Positions 30,854-47,940 are shown, counted from the first letter of the stretch. The stretch is DNA of 64,000 nucleotides from the human T2T-CHM13v2.0 reference genome, Homo sapiens (GCF_009914755.1 NC_060939.1); one strand, 5' to 3'. Numbers and translations are program-made. The notes: a model not told the origin generated them from the letters alone.

Positions 30854-33029
30854 CTAGCGCTGTGCCACAGCCAGGGGCTTAGCCTACCCTCCCACACCCA
30901 TCTGATTTCTCATAACTGTCATATTTGGCTTGAACCCCACCACATTGTCACAGCCTTCAGGAACTGCAGAGCCATAACGACACAGTGGCTGACACTTTGA
31001 CGAATTACTAAAAGCTCAGCTAATAGGACTAAAGCACTTGCTCTAAGAAAGTCGTTTTATCTATATTTAAGCCCGATATATCCTTGGATAACTCAACTGA
31101 CAAAAGTACAAACCCATCGAAGGATGGCAGATGAACTGGCAGAATCTATAGATAAAAGAAAGCAGGTCAGCTTGATTCACCACTGCTGTCAGAACATCCT
31201 GGAAAGAGTCCAGGCAATTCCAGCGCAGAAGCACAGAGGAGAGAAACGGTAATTACAACTGTGGCATCACTATGTCTCTCAGAAGGAAAAAAATAAAGGC
31301 ACCTTTCAGATGTTCCCCCATCAAACACGAGGTGCCTACCTACTATGTGCCAGGCACTAGCACACTTCCTTACTGCTCATCAGATCACCAGATCCTGGGG
31401 ATGCGCTATCATCCTACTATCATCCTGCTTGCTTAGGCAGAAAGACCAGTTCCTTCATCTCTGAAGCGGAGGGAGATAACACACTACCCGCCTGATAGGT
31501 GTCAGGAAACTCTCCTCTACCAGCCAGGAGAAGCCTGCTCCAACCCAACAAACCAGGAACTGGTGTGCAAATAACTGGGCACCCGCCCCGGCCTACAAAG
31601 CCTCCCCAGAGGCGTGAACCTGGGCCAGGTCATTGCCTCTCCTTAGACCTCAGCTGTAAAATGAGGACTTCTGGGGTCCCTTCCTGAGGAAGAAGGGCTG
31701 TGGCAACTGGAAGGGAGAACAAGAGGATCCCAGGGTCAAGCCACCTTTATCTGCAGTTGCCAAAGTGCAGAGAAAGGGTAAAAAGCAGTCACTTAGAGAA
31801 CATGGGCTGAAGTGCCCTGATCTCCTGAAGAGATCGGGAGGCACCAGCAGGCTCTCGTGCCTTCCCTGGGAGAGCTTCCCTGGAGGCTTCCCCACACCTT
31901 CTGTTTGTGGAGTGTGGGGAGAAGCCTTTACCCAGGGCCCATTCTATTGCCCAGCCCCTGACTCCCCACTCCCCTGCTTCCTGTTGCATAGGAAGGCTGA
32001 TCTAGAGGCAAAAGTCAGACTAGACTGCAGGTAGGAGATGAGGCAGCTACTGCAGGAGTCCAGGCAAGACTGTGATAGGACAAGAGTTATGGTCTTAAAA
32101 GAGCAGGCACGAGTGGGTGACACTTCAAAGGCAGATTCACTTGACAAACTTAAAGAAGGACTCTATGTTTCGCTTTATTAGCCCAAATGATTGGGGAATA
32201 AAAATGGAGAGGTGGTTTAGAGGACAAAAAGGGGAATTCAGCTTTAGATACACTGAATTCCAGGTGGCAGCAGATAATCCATGTAAAAAATGTACAGCAG
32301 GATGAAGACAGAAAACCAGCAGGTCTATTTTTTTTTTTTTTAAAGACTTGGTGATACTTCTGCTGGTATCCCTTCTTAATTCTGTTCCCATGATAATGTG
32401 GCAAAAATATCATGGGAGACAGAATAACAAAAATATATATGTATTTCAAGAAATACTCCAAAACCACTTAATAAAATTCAACTCCTATGCCTAATAACAC
32501 CAAAACCCGACTAGATACAATACCCAATGCTGGCAAGGGTGCAACAACAGACACTCTCATACAGGCTGGAAGAACGAACCCTTCTGGAAAACAATCTGGC
32601 AATATGCATCAAGAGCCATAAAGTGTTAATATCTTGCCCCATAATATTCTAGGAATCTATCCTAAGGACTATTCAAAAGAAAGCAATGGTATGTGAACAA
32701 TTGAGGATATTTGGTACATGAAGATGCTCATTATCTATAATAGCAAAACATTGGAAGCCACTTAAATATCCAACCACGGGGGGAAATTAAGAGCATTATA
32801 GGCCGTCGGCAGAATTATTATACAGGCATTAAAATGTTAGTTATGAAGACAGTGGTAACAGAGAAATATTTTTCTTCCCCATTTACCATAAGTTTAAATG
32901 CAAAAAGAACAGAATATGTTATACAGACATTATAACAATAACTTATGTGTTAAGACGGCAGGATTTTGGGTGCATCTTGGATGAAAGATAAGCAACTGGG
33001 AGTATTAAAATCAGCTGAGGGGGTGGTAC

Positions 33030-33186
33030 CTTGGCTCCGTCCACACTGATGATCCGATAGCTGTTCCTTGTGACATCATAGAAGTAGGAAACGGTGACCG
33101 CCTGCTTGCTCGCAGGCATCCAGTTCTTCTTGGTGTTGGGGTCAATCTGGAAGACATGCGCTCGGGTGGTGAAGATGGGCTGTTCT
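33030..33186 (-). CDS. HOMER2: HOMER2 coding exon 2 (157 bp), N-terminal part of EVH1 domain
   Basis: Encodes (G)[52 protein letters not shown], which matches Homer-2. AG acceptor is plus-strand ct at 33187-33188; GT donor is plus-strand ac at 33028-33029. Confidence 0.97.
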
Positions 33187-33651
33187 CTGCAATAAGAGAG
33201 TGGGCGTGTGAGTTGAGAGAACATGACTTAATGTATAATTTATGATTTCTAGGCCACCTACTGCCCCAAAAGATTTTAAATAGCTTATAGGGAAACATAC
33301 ATATGCATGAAGACAATTAAAATAAAAGCAAAGAGAGAAGAAAAAAAGAGACACCAGTGAGTAGTTTTTGCAAACCACATTCCACTTAGCTGTTATCCCG
33401 AGACTGCAGGGCAATTGGTGTAATGAACAATTTGCTTAAAAGGCAACTCCTTGTTCAGTGTTTTCGAATCCCCGTCAAGTGTCCTATACTTTTTCTGACA
33501 TCCTGTTGTCATTTTTAGGATTTTGGAACCAATTCACTTTTTAGAATTTTTGTGACAAATTTTGGGGGATTCTGCAACAATTTTAGGATTTTCCAATCTA
33601 TTTGCAGCTTAATGTTATATTTCTATTAAGTACTTCTCAAATTTGCAGTAA

Positions 33652-33971
<320 letters not shown>

Positions 33972-34291
33972 TTTTTTTTTTTTTTTTTAAGAGACAGTGT
34001 CTCACTGCTGCCCAGGCTGGAGCGTAGTGATGCAATCATAGCTCACTGCAGCCTGGATCTCTGAGGCTCAAGCAATTCTGCCTCAGCCTCCCAAGTAGCT
34101 AGGACTACAGGCACGTGACACCACACTTGGCTAATGTTGCCGGGAGGTGGTGGGTAGAGACAGGGTCTCTCTGTGTTGCCCAGGCTAGTCTTAAACTCCT
34201 GATCTCAAGTGATCCTCCCACATTAGCCTCTCAAAGTGCTGGGATATAATCCCAGCATAAGCCATTATAGGGCATGAACCACTGCACCTGG
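33972..34291 (-). mobile_element. Alu (AluJ), tandem with the preceding Alu
   Basis: Reverse Alu dimer with a diverged middle region. Confidence 0.85.
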
Positions 34292-34791
34292 TAATATGAT
34301 AGAATTATTTTTTATCTCTGTATCTCTTCAGTCTACTTCTGGAACCATTCAACAACCTGACCAAACCTTCAAATTTGATGTTTCCAACTTATAAACCTTT
34401 TGAGTTTTATGTAGAATTCATCAAATCCATCCCTTCTGCTATTCTTGCCTCTATATTGTTGCTTTTTCACTCCACATGCCTAAAGCATTTTATGCGATTC
34501 ACCAAATTTGCATATTACCTATGTTTCTTTCTGTTGAGTGGGGAATTAGATTTTGACAATACGCATTTAGAAACAAGGCAGATGAATAAAAATTGTAATG
34601 GATTTCACTGCATTTTGTATTCTAAGCTATCTACTTCCCAAAGTAATGCAAAATGGCACAGACTTATCACAAAATACATTTATTTTTGAAGAAAGCATCT
34701 TTACACAGACTGGCTCAAAAATCCTTTAAGTGTTCAAAATAAGATACAAATAGAAAAAAAGCCATCAACGTGTAAAAATAGTCCCATTGTT

Positions 34792-35076
<285 letters not shown>

Positions 35077-37410
35077 TTATTAGAGACACAAAATTAAAAG
35101 GTAACTTAGACAATTTTTTAAATCTTTACAATGTCAAAAGAGATAAAATAAAAGAGACATAGACAAGATACAAAAAAAAAAAAATCAAAGAGAAAAGAAT
35201 TTGAAGTGTTCCAGTCTCTAGATGGAATGATTTTAGGCGAAGCAGTCTTTGAATCCATCCTGAATGTAGAATACTCATTATTAAAATTTTAAGAATGCTC
35301 TTGAGAAACTTTTCCTAGAAAACCAATTTGCCATTTGAGCCTCATATAAGGGCTACTGAGTAACACCAGCAGCATCAACCATCAACCGTGGTTTTGAAGA
35401 AATGCAGCAATCTTCTTTATGCCTGTTTCTCCTCAGGCATGCTATTAATGCTGCTTCAATGCAGCTGTTTACAGAGGCCAGCATTCCAGAACAGAGGCTA
35501 GCAGCATTCCTTGCTCCCTGAAACTTCCCTTCTAGGTCCCCTGGAGCAGGACAAGTGCCTCTGGGGCTGTGGATTACTAGGGCATTTTTATTCCCTCAAA
35601 CAGAGACCAAGTTCACCCACACACTCGATGCTAAACCAACACCCTTCCAGCAGCTGGGTGACAGCTGTTAGAAACAAAAGGAAGATTCTCACTGTAATTT
35701 CCCGCATCTGCTGTCAAGAGAGGCCAGACGACAGGGAGTGTGTGCATATCAATGCAAGCCCTCATACCCCATCCATGTGATATAATCCAGTCTGCAGTCT
35801 GGATCACCCAGCTGTGCCACTCTCAGCCCAGCACCATATTTTGCTAATCATCTAAGTACAACACCATAAAGGAAAACACTTCCACACACAGTATTCTCCT
35901 ACATACGTGAAAGGAAGGAGCAATTTAAAGGGCAGCAACTACAGAACATTTGTTGAAGAATCAAATTATGCCTCATTGTCAGAGCACTAAATGGGCTGGG
36001 CTGGGGGCCCACGGGTTAGAGAAGGCCTTTCTGGGAAGGGACCCAGACTTTCAGATCTTCCCTCCTATTCCCTACATCAGAAAAGAGGGATTGGGTCTCG
36101 GTTTGGGCATGCTTAGACGGGTGTTCCCTAAATCTCCATGACAGGAATTAGCTGGTACACTTACTAAAAATACATGTTCCCAAGCCCCATCCTAGCCCCC
36201 CTTGAACCTGGCTCTCCAAGGAAGGGCCCAAGGGGCTCCATTTTTAAGAACTCCAGGTGATTTTTACTTTCAAGGAAGCTGGGGAGACATTCACATTAGA
36301 TATAATCAGATGATCTAAAAAAGAAAAAAAGAAGTGGCCCCTAGAGCCAGCATCTCTACTCCAGAACAACACTGGTGACTGAATGACACAGGGAGACTCC
36401 AGAAAGTTCTCCCACAGCTGTAGAGGGGGCTGGAGGTGGGGCAACAGGGGGACCAAGAACAGGGTCTCTGGATGCAAAGGATGGGGGCAAGGGGCAAGGG
36501 GAGGCAGAGCTGTTCTGGTCAGGAAGGAGGGTGGAGATGAGTGCGGCCTGTGGTGGCCCAGCAGTAGCCTTCCGCAAGCACTCTCTGTCCCTGAGGCCTA
36601 CAGGAGGGAGGAAGTGAGGAAAGCAAAGTGGAGAGATGGAGGGGAAGGCACAGGGAGCCGAGAAGATGGCAGAGCTTCCTGACCAGGCACAGGCAAAGCA
36701 GCCGGCTGTCTGCTCGGCATGATCCAGGTGTCAAAGTGAGTAGACAAGAAGGGTTCCATCTCCAAATCTGCCTGCTCAGCTCTGTGGATGGACTGAAGTC
36801 ATGGTGAGCTGCCCTCGGGACCCCCAAGTAGAAATGCAACGATGTTGGAAGAACACAATGGCTCACCTGGCCACACTCTTGGTCAACATGGTCAGGCCCT
36901 CTGCAGGGCAAGTGGCTGCTCCAGTGTGAGGGGAGGCACAGAGACCTGGGAGGGGTACTGCAGGGCCTCCTGGCAGCTCCATTCTGAGGTAGTCACCATG
37001 GCAGGAAGCTATGGCCCTCCAGAGGCCAAAGACCTGCATTCCTCATCCTCGAGCCCCTGGGCAAACGGGAGGATTGCACGGCCAGTCTGGCAGGAAACTA
37101 CCCGCCGCTCTGGGATTTCACATGAATAACCAAGTCTGGGGGCACTGGGGAGTTCCATGCTATTCTTCTACAATCCAAAAAGTCTAATGATATTTCAAAA
37201 AAAGGCAAAAAAGAAAGGCAAGGAGAAGAAAAGCTCGTAGCTGACCTTTACTGAGTACTTACCATTCTGCTAGGCTCGCTCTCCACTTTGAAACTGCAAC
37301 AATCCTACAGGGAAGGGGCTGAACAGGTGGGGAAACAGGAACTCAGAGAGGCCAGGTAACCTGACTTGGGTCATGCAGTATATGACAGGTCTGAAATTTG
37401 ATGTCATTTC

Positions 37411-37712
37411 TTTTTTTTTTTTTTTTTTTTTTTTTAGATGAAGTCTCACTCTGTCGCCCAAGCTGGAGTGTAGTGGCATGATCTTGGCTCACTGCAACCT
37501 CCACCTCCTGGGTTTAAGCAATTCTCTGCCTCAGCCTCCCAAGTAGCTGGGATTACAGGCGCCTGCCACCACGCCCAGCTAATTTTTGTATTTTTAGTAG
37601 AGACGGGGTTTCACCATCTTGGCCAGGCTGGTCTTGAACTCCTGACCTCATGATCCACGTGCCTCGGCCTCCCAAAGTGTTGGGATTACAGGCTTGAGCC
37701 ACCGCACCCAGC
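37411..37712 (-). mobile_element. Alu (AluS) within a MIR
   Basis: Reverse Alu dimer; degenerate TSD aatttgat.t.atttct. Confidence 0.92.
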
Positions 37713-37794
37713 AATTTGATATTATTTCTAAGTGACATGGAAACCCTCCCTCTCAGCCATTATGTTATTCTCTCTTCCTATAATAATAGCTGTC

Positions 37795-38343
37795 TGTAGT
37801 AGGCAGCTTCGGATGTGACTCCTGGTGACCCCCACCTCCTAGTGTTCATGCCCTTATGGAATCCCCTCCTCTTGAGTGTGGGTGAGACCTGTGACTTGCT
37901 TTTAACCAACAGAATATGGCAAAGGTGATGGGATGTCATTTGTGTAATTAAGTCACATAGGATTATGACATCTGTCTCCTATCAGACTCTCTCAATAAAT
38001 TACCTTACTGGTTTTGATGAAGCAAGCTGCCATATTAGGGAGATCCACCTTACAAGGAAATGAGGAAAGACTCCAGCCAACTGACAGACAGGAACTGAGG
38101 CCCTTAGTCCAACTCCCTTGGAGGAATGGAAATTCAGCCAACAACCACATGAGCTTGGAAGCAGATCTTTCCATATGTGAGCCTTCAGATGAGACTCCAA
38201 CCCTGGTCAACACCTTGATTACAGCCTTGCAAGAGACCCTGAAGCAAAGGGCCCAACTAAGCTATACCAGACTCCAGACACACAGCAATGTGGTTTAAGA
38301 TGCTATGTATGTGACAGTTTATTACGTAGCAATAGAAGAGACA
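37795..38343 (+). mobile_element. MLT1 (E/F-like) MaLR solo LTR
   Basis: TG...CA ends, 5-bp TSD CTGTC, typical ccacctcctagtgttcatgccct and cttcagatgagactcca. Confidence 0.82.
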
Positions 38344-40090
38344 CTGTCCTTCACAGAAAGCTTACTACACACCAAGCAAACCATAAATGTTCTTATTTAA
38401 TCCTCCCAACAGGGCTGTGAGTGGGCAGGGCTCACCACACAGAAAATCAAAGGTCACAGGATCACTTCAGGCAAACTGAACAACAAATCTTAACACCTTT
38501 ATGGGCAAAATCCAAACACAGACCTCACCACAAAATTCAGAAAAGCAGACCCTGACTTTGAAAGAGTCTTCTGCTTCACTTGAGAAAGCAAAAGAGCTAG
38601 AAGTAGGACATAGAAGTCATTTCCAACAGTGTGCAAATCAATATAAATAGAAAGATTTAAGAGAATCAGAACTTTCCAACCTGCGTTTCCTTCCCAGCAG
38701 GGAAAAGCTGAAGAGAGTGTATCAGAGGACAGAAATTACCTTCATATCCAAATTTATTCTCCTTCCTTTGATGTTCAATGTTCAGAGAGTAAATTTCAAA
38801 TATACTCCCATTCCTTCTTCAGTGCTTTAAATAGAAAGCAGATGTTTCCGGATGGCAGAACGCTTCTTTAGACAGACAATATAACCTACCGTTCCTTGCA
38901 TAGTCTCTTTAGAGCTGAATAAACACCAATTGCTGTTCATTGAACACATTCTGGAACCTGACAGTAATTGTTCCCAAGAATAATTAGATACTCTGTGCAA
39001 CATATGTATGTTTGGAATATGAAAACCACTCGGCAAAGAGGCCACTCCTGCTTTGAACAATTTCTGGCTCCATGTGAAATAATTCTGCAAAGAATTAGCA
39101 CGACTACTTTTGCAAAGAAACAAGAGAGAGAGAAATGATGTTTTAACTTATAATTCTTCACTTGCAATGTTTAGCTCCACACTTTTTCTGACATAAACCT
39201 ACAAAACATCAAAATTCTTATTTTTCCTACTTCTATTTGATTTGAATTAAAACAAACCCTTCAGACATTATTTTACAGTATTACAAAGTCTTGTAAGGTA
39301 CCCTAATTAGTTTGTATCTGTCTTGAGTCTTAAACCCCTCCAAACACCATCTACTACACCAACCGACAGGTCTTCCTCTAGTCCAGATGGGTCACACTCT
39401 GCCTGCCCAGCTGCAAAGGCTTCCCTGGCTCTGTCCCCAACAGGACCAGCTCCCAGTGCTTTGCATGAATTACAGGCTGTCCCCTGACCACCTGGCCCTG
39501 CCCTCTCACCAGAAGGGCTTCTGCTGCTTTCCTTCTAGAACTTCTGAATCATCTGTACTTTCACACATCCCAGCCAATGCATGTGCCCATCACTGGACCC
39601 AATACATCCTCGCTTCACTGTCCCTTCATGTACTGTCATAGCATCTTGTGAAGTCTGATTTGTGCTCTGAAGACACAGGCCCTTGACTGGTCACCCATCA
39701 CAAGGGACTGGAAGCATGGGCTCATCTGGCCCCTGACCCACACTCTAGGTGGTCAACAGGCTACGCCAGCCAGCAGGGCCAAATCCTCAGAACCCAGAAC
39801 AGAGAACTGAAGGAAAAAGGAGATGTGGACAGAAATTTTTTCTTGTACATTCTCCCATGCAAAGAATCTAACTTACAAGCATATTGGAGTTCTACTTTTA
39901 TACAAAATCCACACAGTAACGTTATTCTTATTTGCAGATAATAGAATTGCACATAGAGAACACCCAAGAAAATCAACTGAAAAAGTGAGTAATCAAAATT
40001 CAGTAAGGTGGCTAGGTATAAAATCACTAATAAAATCAGTAGCCTTCCTAAATACACAAACAACCAGATAGAAAATATAACAGATTGTCT

Positions 40091-40387
<297 letters not shown>

Positions 40388-40496
40388 ATATAATAATAGA
40401 TTGCCAAAAATCCCATTTACAGTAGCAACCAAAAGGATACAATTTCTTGGACTCTATTTAGGAAGCATGCAAGATCTATGTTTAGAAAATAAAAGC

Positions 40497-40660
40497 AAGC
40501 CAGGTACAATTGTGTGCCCCTATAGTCCCAGCCACTCAGGAGGCTGAGGCAGGAGTATGGCTTGAGACCAGGCTCTAGTACATACTAGAATTGGGCCTAT
40601 GAATTTCTAATGCATTCCAGCCTGGGCAACATAGCAAGACCCATTTTTTAAAAAACCCAA
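40497..40660 (+). mobile_element. Alu monomer (FAM/FRAM-like)
   Basis: Single arm with tatagtcccagccactcaggaggctgagg...cctgggcaacatagcaagacc. Confidence 0.75.
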
Positions 40661-42547
40661 ATAAATAAATACAATAAGAACAAAAACTTCTGAGGCACAC
40701 AGAAGAAAACTTTAATAAGACATATTCTTAAATGGGAAAGCCAACACAAAGCTGTCAATTATCCCTAAATTAATATATAAATCTAACATAATAAAAATAT
40801 TATTTTTAGAACTAGACAGGGTTATTCACTGGAAAACTCTATGTGAGGACAGCCAAAATATTCTGAAAATGAAAAGCAATGAAGAGTTTTAGCCATCTCA
40901 GATATTGAAATGTATTATTATAAAGTTATAGCAAACAAGGCAGAAGGTCTTAGCAAATAAGTAGGTAAATAATGGAAGAGCAGAGAGTCCAGAAATAGAA
41001 GCCTAAAGAAGTGAGTGCATGACACAGGCAGTATTGCTCATTAGTGGAGACACAGAAATCCTGTTACAACAATGCACCCTAGGAAGAGTCTGCATCTGCT
41101 GGACCTTAGCCAGATGTCTGTCTCCTTGCCTGGTCTGAGCCCCTTCAAGGAGGTCACAGCTGCCCCATTCTATTAAAGTTATTTTCTTCCTGCCCCCAAA
41201 CTGCCCAATTAACAAACCTGATAAATTAGTGATCTGATAGAAGAAATACTTGTCACAAATCCTCCTAGTCCTCTGACTAGGAATTCCCTTTTTGGGTCAC
41301 ATTTACACCAGGGAATGGATGAGGCAAGTGCCCCTGATGAATGCTGACAGGCTTTATTAATGACACTACCTTATTTCCTAGAGTGTCTGACAGTTTTTAA
41401 GGAGCTTTGAACATACATTCTCCTATTGGCCCTCCTGAGATGTGAGTTTGACTAAGTTCTGGGGCTGGGTCACAGGCAGAGGGCTACCCAGAAAAGCCAT
41501 CAGATCCATTCTCATGTGCTTTGGAAAAGGGTCCCGATTCTCCAAAAGGGCTGGATGGGCCCAGGGCAGTGGGTGAGGACCTGGACAGCCAGGAGGGAGA
41601 CAGGCAGAGTTGTGGAGAAGCAAAGCTGAGATGGAAAACAAATACAGGCAAAGGGGTGCAGAGGGGGAGGTAAGGCTTATCTGAGGACGCAGGATAGGTA
41701 AACATTACGGCGGCAGGGATGAGTGAAGTGAAGGGGAAGTCTAGGACAGGGACAGAAGAGAAAATAAAACTCACTAGCAACATAGCAATGCCATCCTATG
41801 TTCAAACAGCACCCCTGAACCCCTGCACAGAAACCCCTCTCCCACCTCCACACATATATCTCCCTCCACCTCAGTCCAGAGCCCAGCAAATCTGCTAGGT
41901 TTAGCAGATAAGGGAGGAAACAGCTATTCAGGCACCAGAGGTGCACTCAAGAGATCAGCAAGGGCCACTGTGTGGCACAGGAAGCGGGTGGCAGGAGATG
42001 AGGTCTCAGGGAGGGCCAAAACCAGACAGCCATGGAGCCTGAGCACCAGGCTAAGGACATCAGTCTTTAACTCGGGGCCAGCATCTCCCTAATGTGCTCT
42101 GTGGAGCTATTTTCTCTTCCAAATACATTCCAAAAAACATACATGTAGGAAAAACATTAAAAGCATTTGGATAGTCATTCTCATAATTATCTGCTATCAC
42201 CTTCAAGAAGTGTTCTCAAGCCAAGACTGCCAGGAAATAGCTTGGGGGCTGCATAATACACAGGTATCTGTCGTGTTAGCCACAACACAGGTGTATTCTT
42301 GCTCTGACAAAGCAGCCACTGCATGGATGGTTACTTTCTATCCACAGTATGCTGTCTATAGAAGGAATCTTGTCTCAGGATTTCAACATATATTTGTGAT
42401 TTTATTCTGTAGATGGTATGGTTAACATTTATACTATAAAAATTCATCCCACCTGAATCTATCATGAACAAAGGAAGTTTTAAACAAAAAGAGTTTACGA
42501 TTCACATATGAACTCCACAAGCTAAGAACTGGAAAACATCCAAGTGA

Positions 42548-42848
42548 TTTTTTTTTTTTTTTTTTTTTGAGACCGAGTCTCTCTCTGTCACCCAGGCTGT
42601 AATGCAGTGGTGCAATCTCGGCTCACTGCAACCTCTGCCTCCCAGGTTCAAGTGATTCTCCTGCCTCAGCTTCCTGAGTAGCTGTGACTACAGGCACCTG
42701 CCACCACGCCCGGCTAATTTTTGTATTTTTAGTAGAGACAGGGTTTCACCATATTGACCAGGCCGGTTTCAAACTCCTGACCTTGTGATCCGCCCACCTC
42801 AGCCTCCCAAAGTGCTGGGATTACAGGCATGAGCCACTGTGCCCAGCC
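42548..42848 (-). mobile_element. Alu (AluS)
   Basis: Reverse Alu dimer; TSD aa(c/t)atccaagtgattt. Confidence 0.92.
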
Positions 42849-43683
42849 AATATCCAAGTGATTTCTAAAAAACCAGGTGGTATGCTGCCCAAGTCACAGG
42901 ATTAATGATTTCTGAGACAGTTGAATTCAAGAGAGCACAAAATCTTCCCGAAGGAACCGTTTGTGTTCTTCCTTTTGCTATAACACATCTGTGTGCAAAG
43001 ATTTTCATATTACACTGTAATGAAACAAATTATGGAAGACGTCATGCCATACCTGATATGAGGGTATGACTTGGAAACATTATTCTTAATATTGACTAGA
43101 TACGGTTTTTTAAAGGACTGGAAAAATAATGTTCTCAATTTTAAATACTGAGGGCTTTTATATTCATCTACAATAAAAATGAAGTTAGATATCTACTTAC
43201 ATACTTTGTTCTTAAGCTGAAAATAATTTTGTTTTATTCTGTTACAAAGCATTCACACACAAATGTGAATAATCTCCCAGCAATTAATTCATCTGTGAGA
43301 CCATATCTTGCTGTCCACCTAAGAGTCTGTTATATTTTATGATCGGTTGATCTTCCACTAGTGTTTCAAAATGTAAATTGTTCCATAGTAAAATAAATTT
43401 AGAAAATGCTGAGCAAAGGAGTGGCACAATCAGAACTACAATTTAGAGGGATCACTGTGGCACTTCTATTGAAGATGGGCTGAAGGGGGAAGAGACCGGA
43501 AGCTATTACTGAGGCACTTCGCAATCATCCAGGCACCTGGAGATGAGGGCCTGGCCTAGAGCGGTAGGGACCGAAGGAAGGGAGTGGGTTCCTGAGATTT
43601 CAAAATGGCGTCGGGAGCATTTCCAGTTTCCAGTTCAGCACGTGAAGAGCTTGGAAGTCGCCACTCCATTTTAACAAGTAAAA

Positions 43684-44031
43684 GGCTGGGTGCGGTGGCT
43701 CTCGCCTGTAATCTCAACACCTTGGGAGGCCAAGGTGGGCGGATCACCTGAGGTCGGGAGTTTGAGACCAGTCTGACAAACATGGAGAAACCCTGTCTCT
43801 ACTAAAAATACAAAAAAAAATTAGCCAGGCGTGGTGGCACATGCTTGTAATCCCAGCTACTCGGGAGGCTGAGGCAGGAGAATCGCTTGAACTCGGGAGA
43901 CAGAGAGGTTGCCGTTGGCCGAGATTGCGCCATTGCACTCCAGCCTGGGCAACAAGAGCGAAACTCCTCTAAACACACACACACACACGGCAACAAGAGC
44001 GAAACTCCTCTAAACACACACACACACACAC
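43684..44031 (+). mobile_element. Alu (AluSp/Sq-like) with (CA)n tail and duplicated 3' end
   Basis: ggcaacaagagcgaaactcctctaa(ac)n occurs twice. Confidence 0.9.
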
Positions 44032-44064
44032 GCCACACCCCACATCAAGTAAAAAGCTGAACAA

Positions 44065-44506
<442 letters not shown>

Positions 44507-46757
44507 CACGGAAAAATCAACACCTCTTCTCCGCTCTGTCACAGAAGTGAGGTCACAGGGCAAACCACTGCCCCCAAAATTAGAGAGACAAGCAGGTACC
44601 GAGAATAACAACTTACCAGAGCAGAAAGCCATAAGCAGAGACCTCTGTGGAAATGAGTGCCAGGGCAGGAAAACCTGAACTACAATTGGGGAATTGCTGA
44701 AGACTCAGTGTGGGGTAGGTCTCAAGAGTTAAAAACTCCAGAGGGATCCAATCATAGGGGGGCCTGCCCACTGTCTTCAGTTTTACTTCCAGGAGTTTTA
44801 CCAGGTTTTCACAGTGAGCATCAGAGAAAAATCCCCTCGTGCTTGAGGCAGGGGGAGGGGAATGCAGCCATTTTAAAATACACCAGAGCACCTGTTCCTT
44901 CCTAACAAGGCCTGCCCTCAGGAGAAACTAATTTACCAGGGCCCAATCAGCTGGGGTACTATCAGCACCCAACTAAGCTAGAGGAAGGGAAATACCCAAC
45001 TCCAGCCCCCTTCAACCATCCTGTCCTACCTAAGCGGAGAGAAAATAATTGAGAAGCATTGGTAAACTTCACAGTCCAGGTGCACAAACTCACCTAAAGA
45101 CTGAGACATAGTCACAGGGCTATGGAATGCTTCCCCTCCCCCGGACCTTATCACCACATTACTAAAGGCCTATTTATGCAGTTCCCTTCACCCAGGACAG
45201 CATGTCTACCTTTCACCAAAAAATTACAAAGCACACCAAAAGTAAAAAAATAAAATAAAAAATAGTTTGAAGAGACTGAACAAGTATGAGAACCTGCAGT
45301 CGTAATATGGCAGGCATGTTGGAATTATCAGACCAGGAATTTTTTTAAATGATTAATATGCTAAGGGCTTTGATGGAAAAAGTAGACAGCATGCAAGAAC
45401 AGATGGATAATGTAAGGAGATGGAAATTCTAAGAAAGAATCAAACAGAAATGCTACAGATTAAAAACACTGTAACAGAACGAAGAGTGCCTTTGATGCGT
45501 TCATTAGTAGACAGGACAGGGCTGAGGAAAGAACCTTTCTCAGTCTTCAAGGCAGCCTTAAACTGCTTTCGGAAGGCTCAGGGATTGGAAGTTCTGAAAC
45601 TTTCAAAACTAAAAAGCAAAGAGAAAAGACTGAAAAAAAAAAAACCACCAAAAAACAGAATAGCCAAGAACTGTGGGAAAACTGGAAAAGGTATAAGATA
45701 GGCATAATAAAAATACTAGAAGGAGAAGAGGGAAAGAAAAATCAGAAGCAACATTTGAAGCAATGACTAAGAATTTCCCCCAAATTAATGTCAGACACCA
45801 AACCACAGATCCAGGAAGCTCAGAGAACACCCTGCAGGATAAATGCCCAGAAAAACTATACCCTAGGCATATCACATTCAAACTTCAGAAAATCAAAAAT
45901 AAATTTAAAATCTTGAAAAAAGCCAGAGGAAAGAAACACCTTACCTACAAAGGAACAAAGATAAGAATGACATCTAACTTCTCAGAAGCCCTGCAAGTGA
46001 GAAGAATGGAGTAAAATATATACTGTTAAGAGAAAAAAGCACACACCAACCTATAATTTTGTACTCTGAGAAATTATTGTTTAAAAGTGCAGGAGAAATA
46101 AGGACTCTGAGATATACAAAAATGGATGCAGTTTGTTGCCAATAGACCTGCCTTACAAGAAATGTTAAGTGTTTCAGAAAGAAGGAAAATGAGATAGGAC
46201 AGAAACTTGAATCTACATAAAAAAAGAGCATCAGAGAATGAATAAGTGAAGGTAGCATAAAAACTTTTTTGTTATTCTTAATTGATCTAACAGATAACAG
46301 TATGATCAAAATAATATATTCGAATATGTATGTATATATATGCTTATATGTAAATGAAATGAATGACAGGATGATATAAGCTATGGGATGGAGGAGTTAG
46401 GATTATTTTGTTATTATAAATTACTTGTACTACACATGAAGCAATATAGTGTTATCTGAAAGTGAGCTTGGATTCATTGTAAATGTATACTGCAAACTCT
46501 ATGGCAGCCAGTAAAAAAGCGTAAAAAAAGAAGTATAATTGATATGCTAAGAAAGGAGAAGAAATAGAATCATATGAAATGCTCAATTACAACTACAAAA
46601 GGCAGAAAAAGTGTAGAAGAAAAAATTGGAACAAAGAACATGGGCAACAAATAGAAAACAGTAACAAATATGACAGATATTAATCCAATGATATCAAATC
46701 ACCTTAAATGTCAATGTTCTAAATACACAAAAGACAGAGATTGTTAGAATGGGTTAA

Positions 46758-47183
<426 letters not shown>

Positions 47184-47425
47184 TAGCTCTATCACTTTCA
47201 GACAGAGCAGACTTAAGAGCAAGGAAAGTTATAAGAGAGAAAGAGTCATTACCTAATAATAAAGGGGCCAATACTAAAGGAAGACATAACCTTAATGTGT
47301 ATGTGCCTAACAGCAAAGTGTCAAAATACCTGCCAAAACTGACAGAACTACAAGAAAAAAATTAATGAATCCACTACTATAGTTGGAAATACCAACAGCC
47401 TTCAGTTAGAGATGGACAGATCCGA

Positions 47426-47940
<515 letters not shown>

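Noticed and set aside
32943-33224. 93-aa ORF as a standalone gene
   Set aside because: It is HOMER2 exon 2 extended by intronic read-through on both sides.
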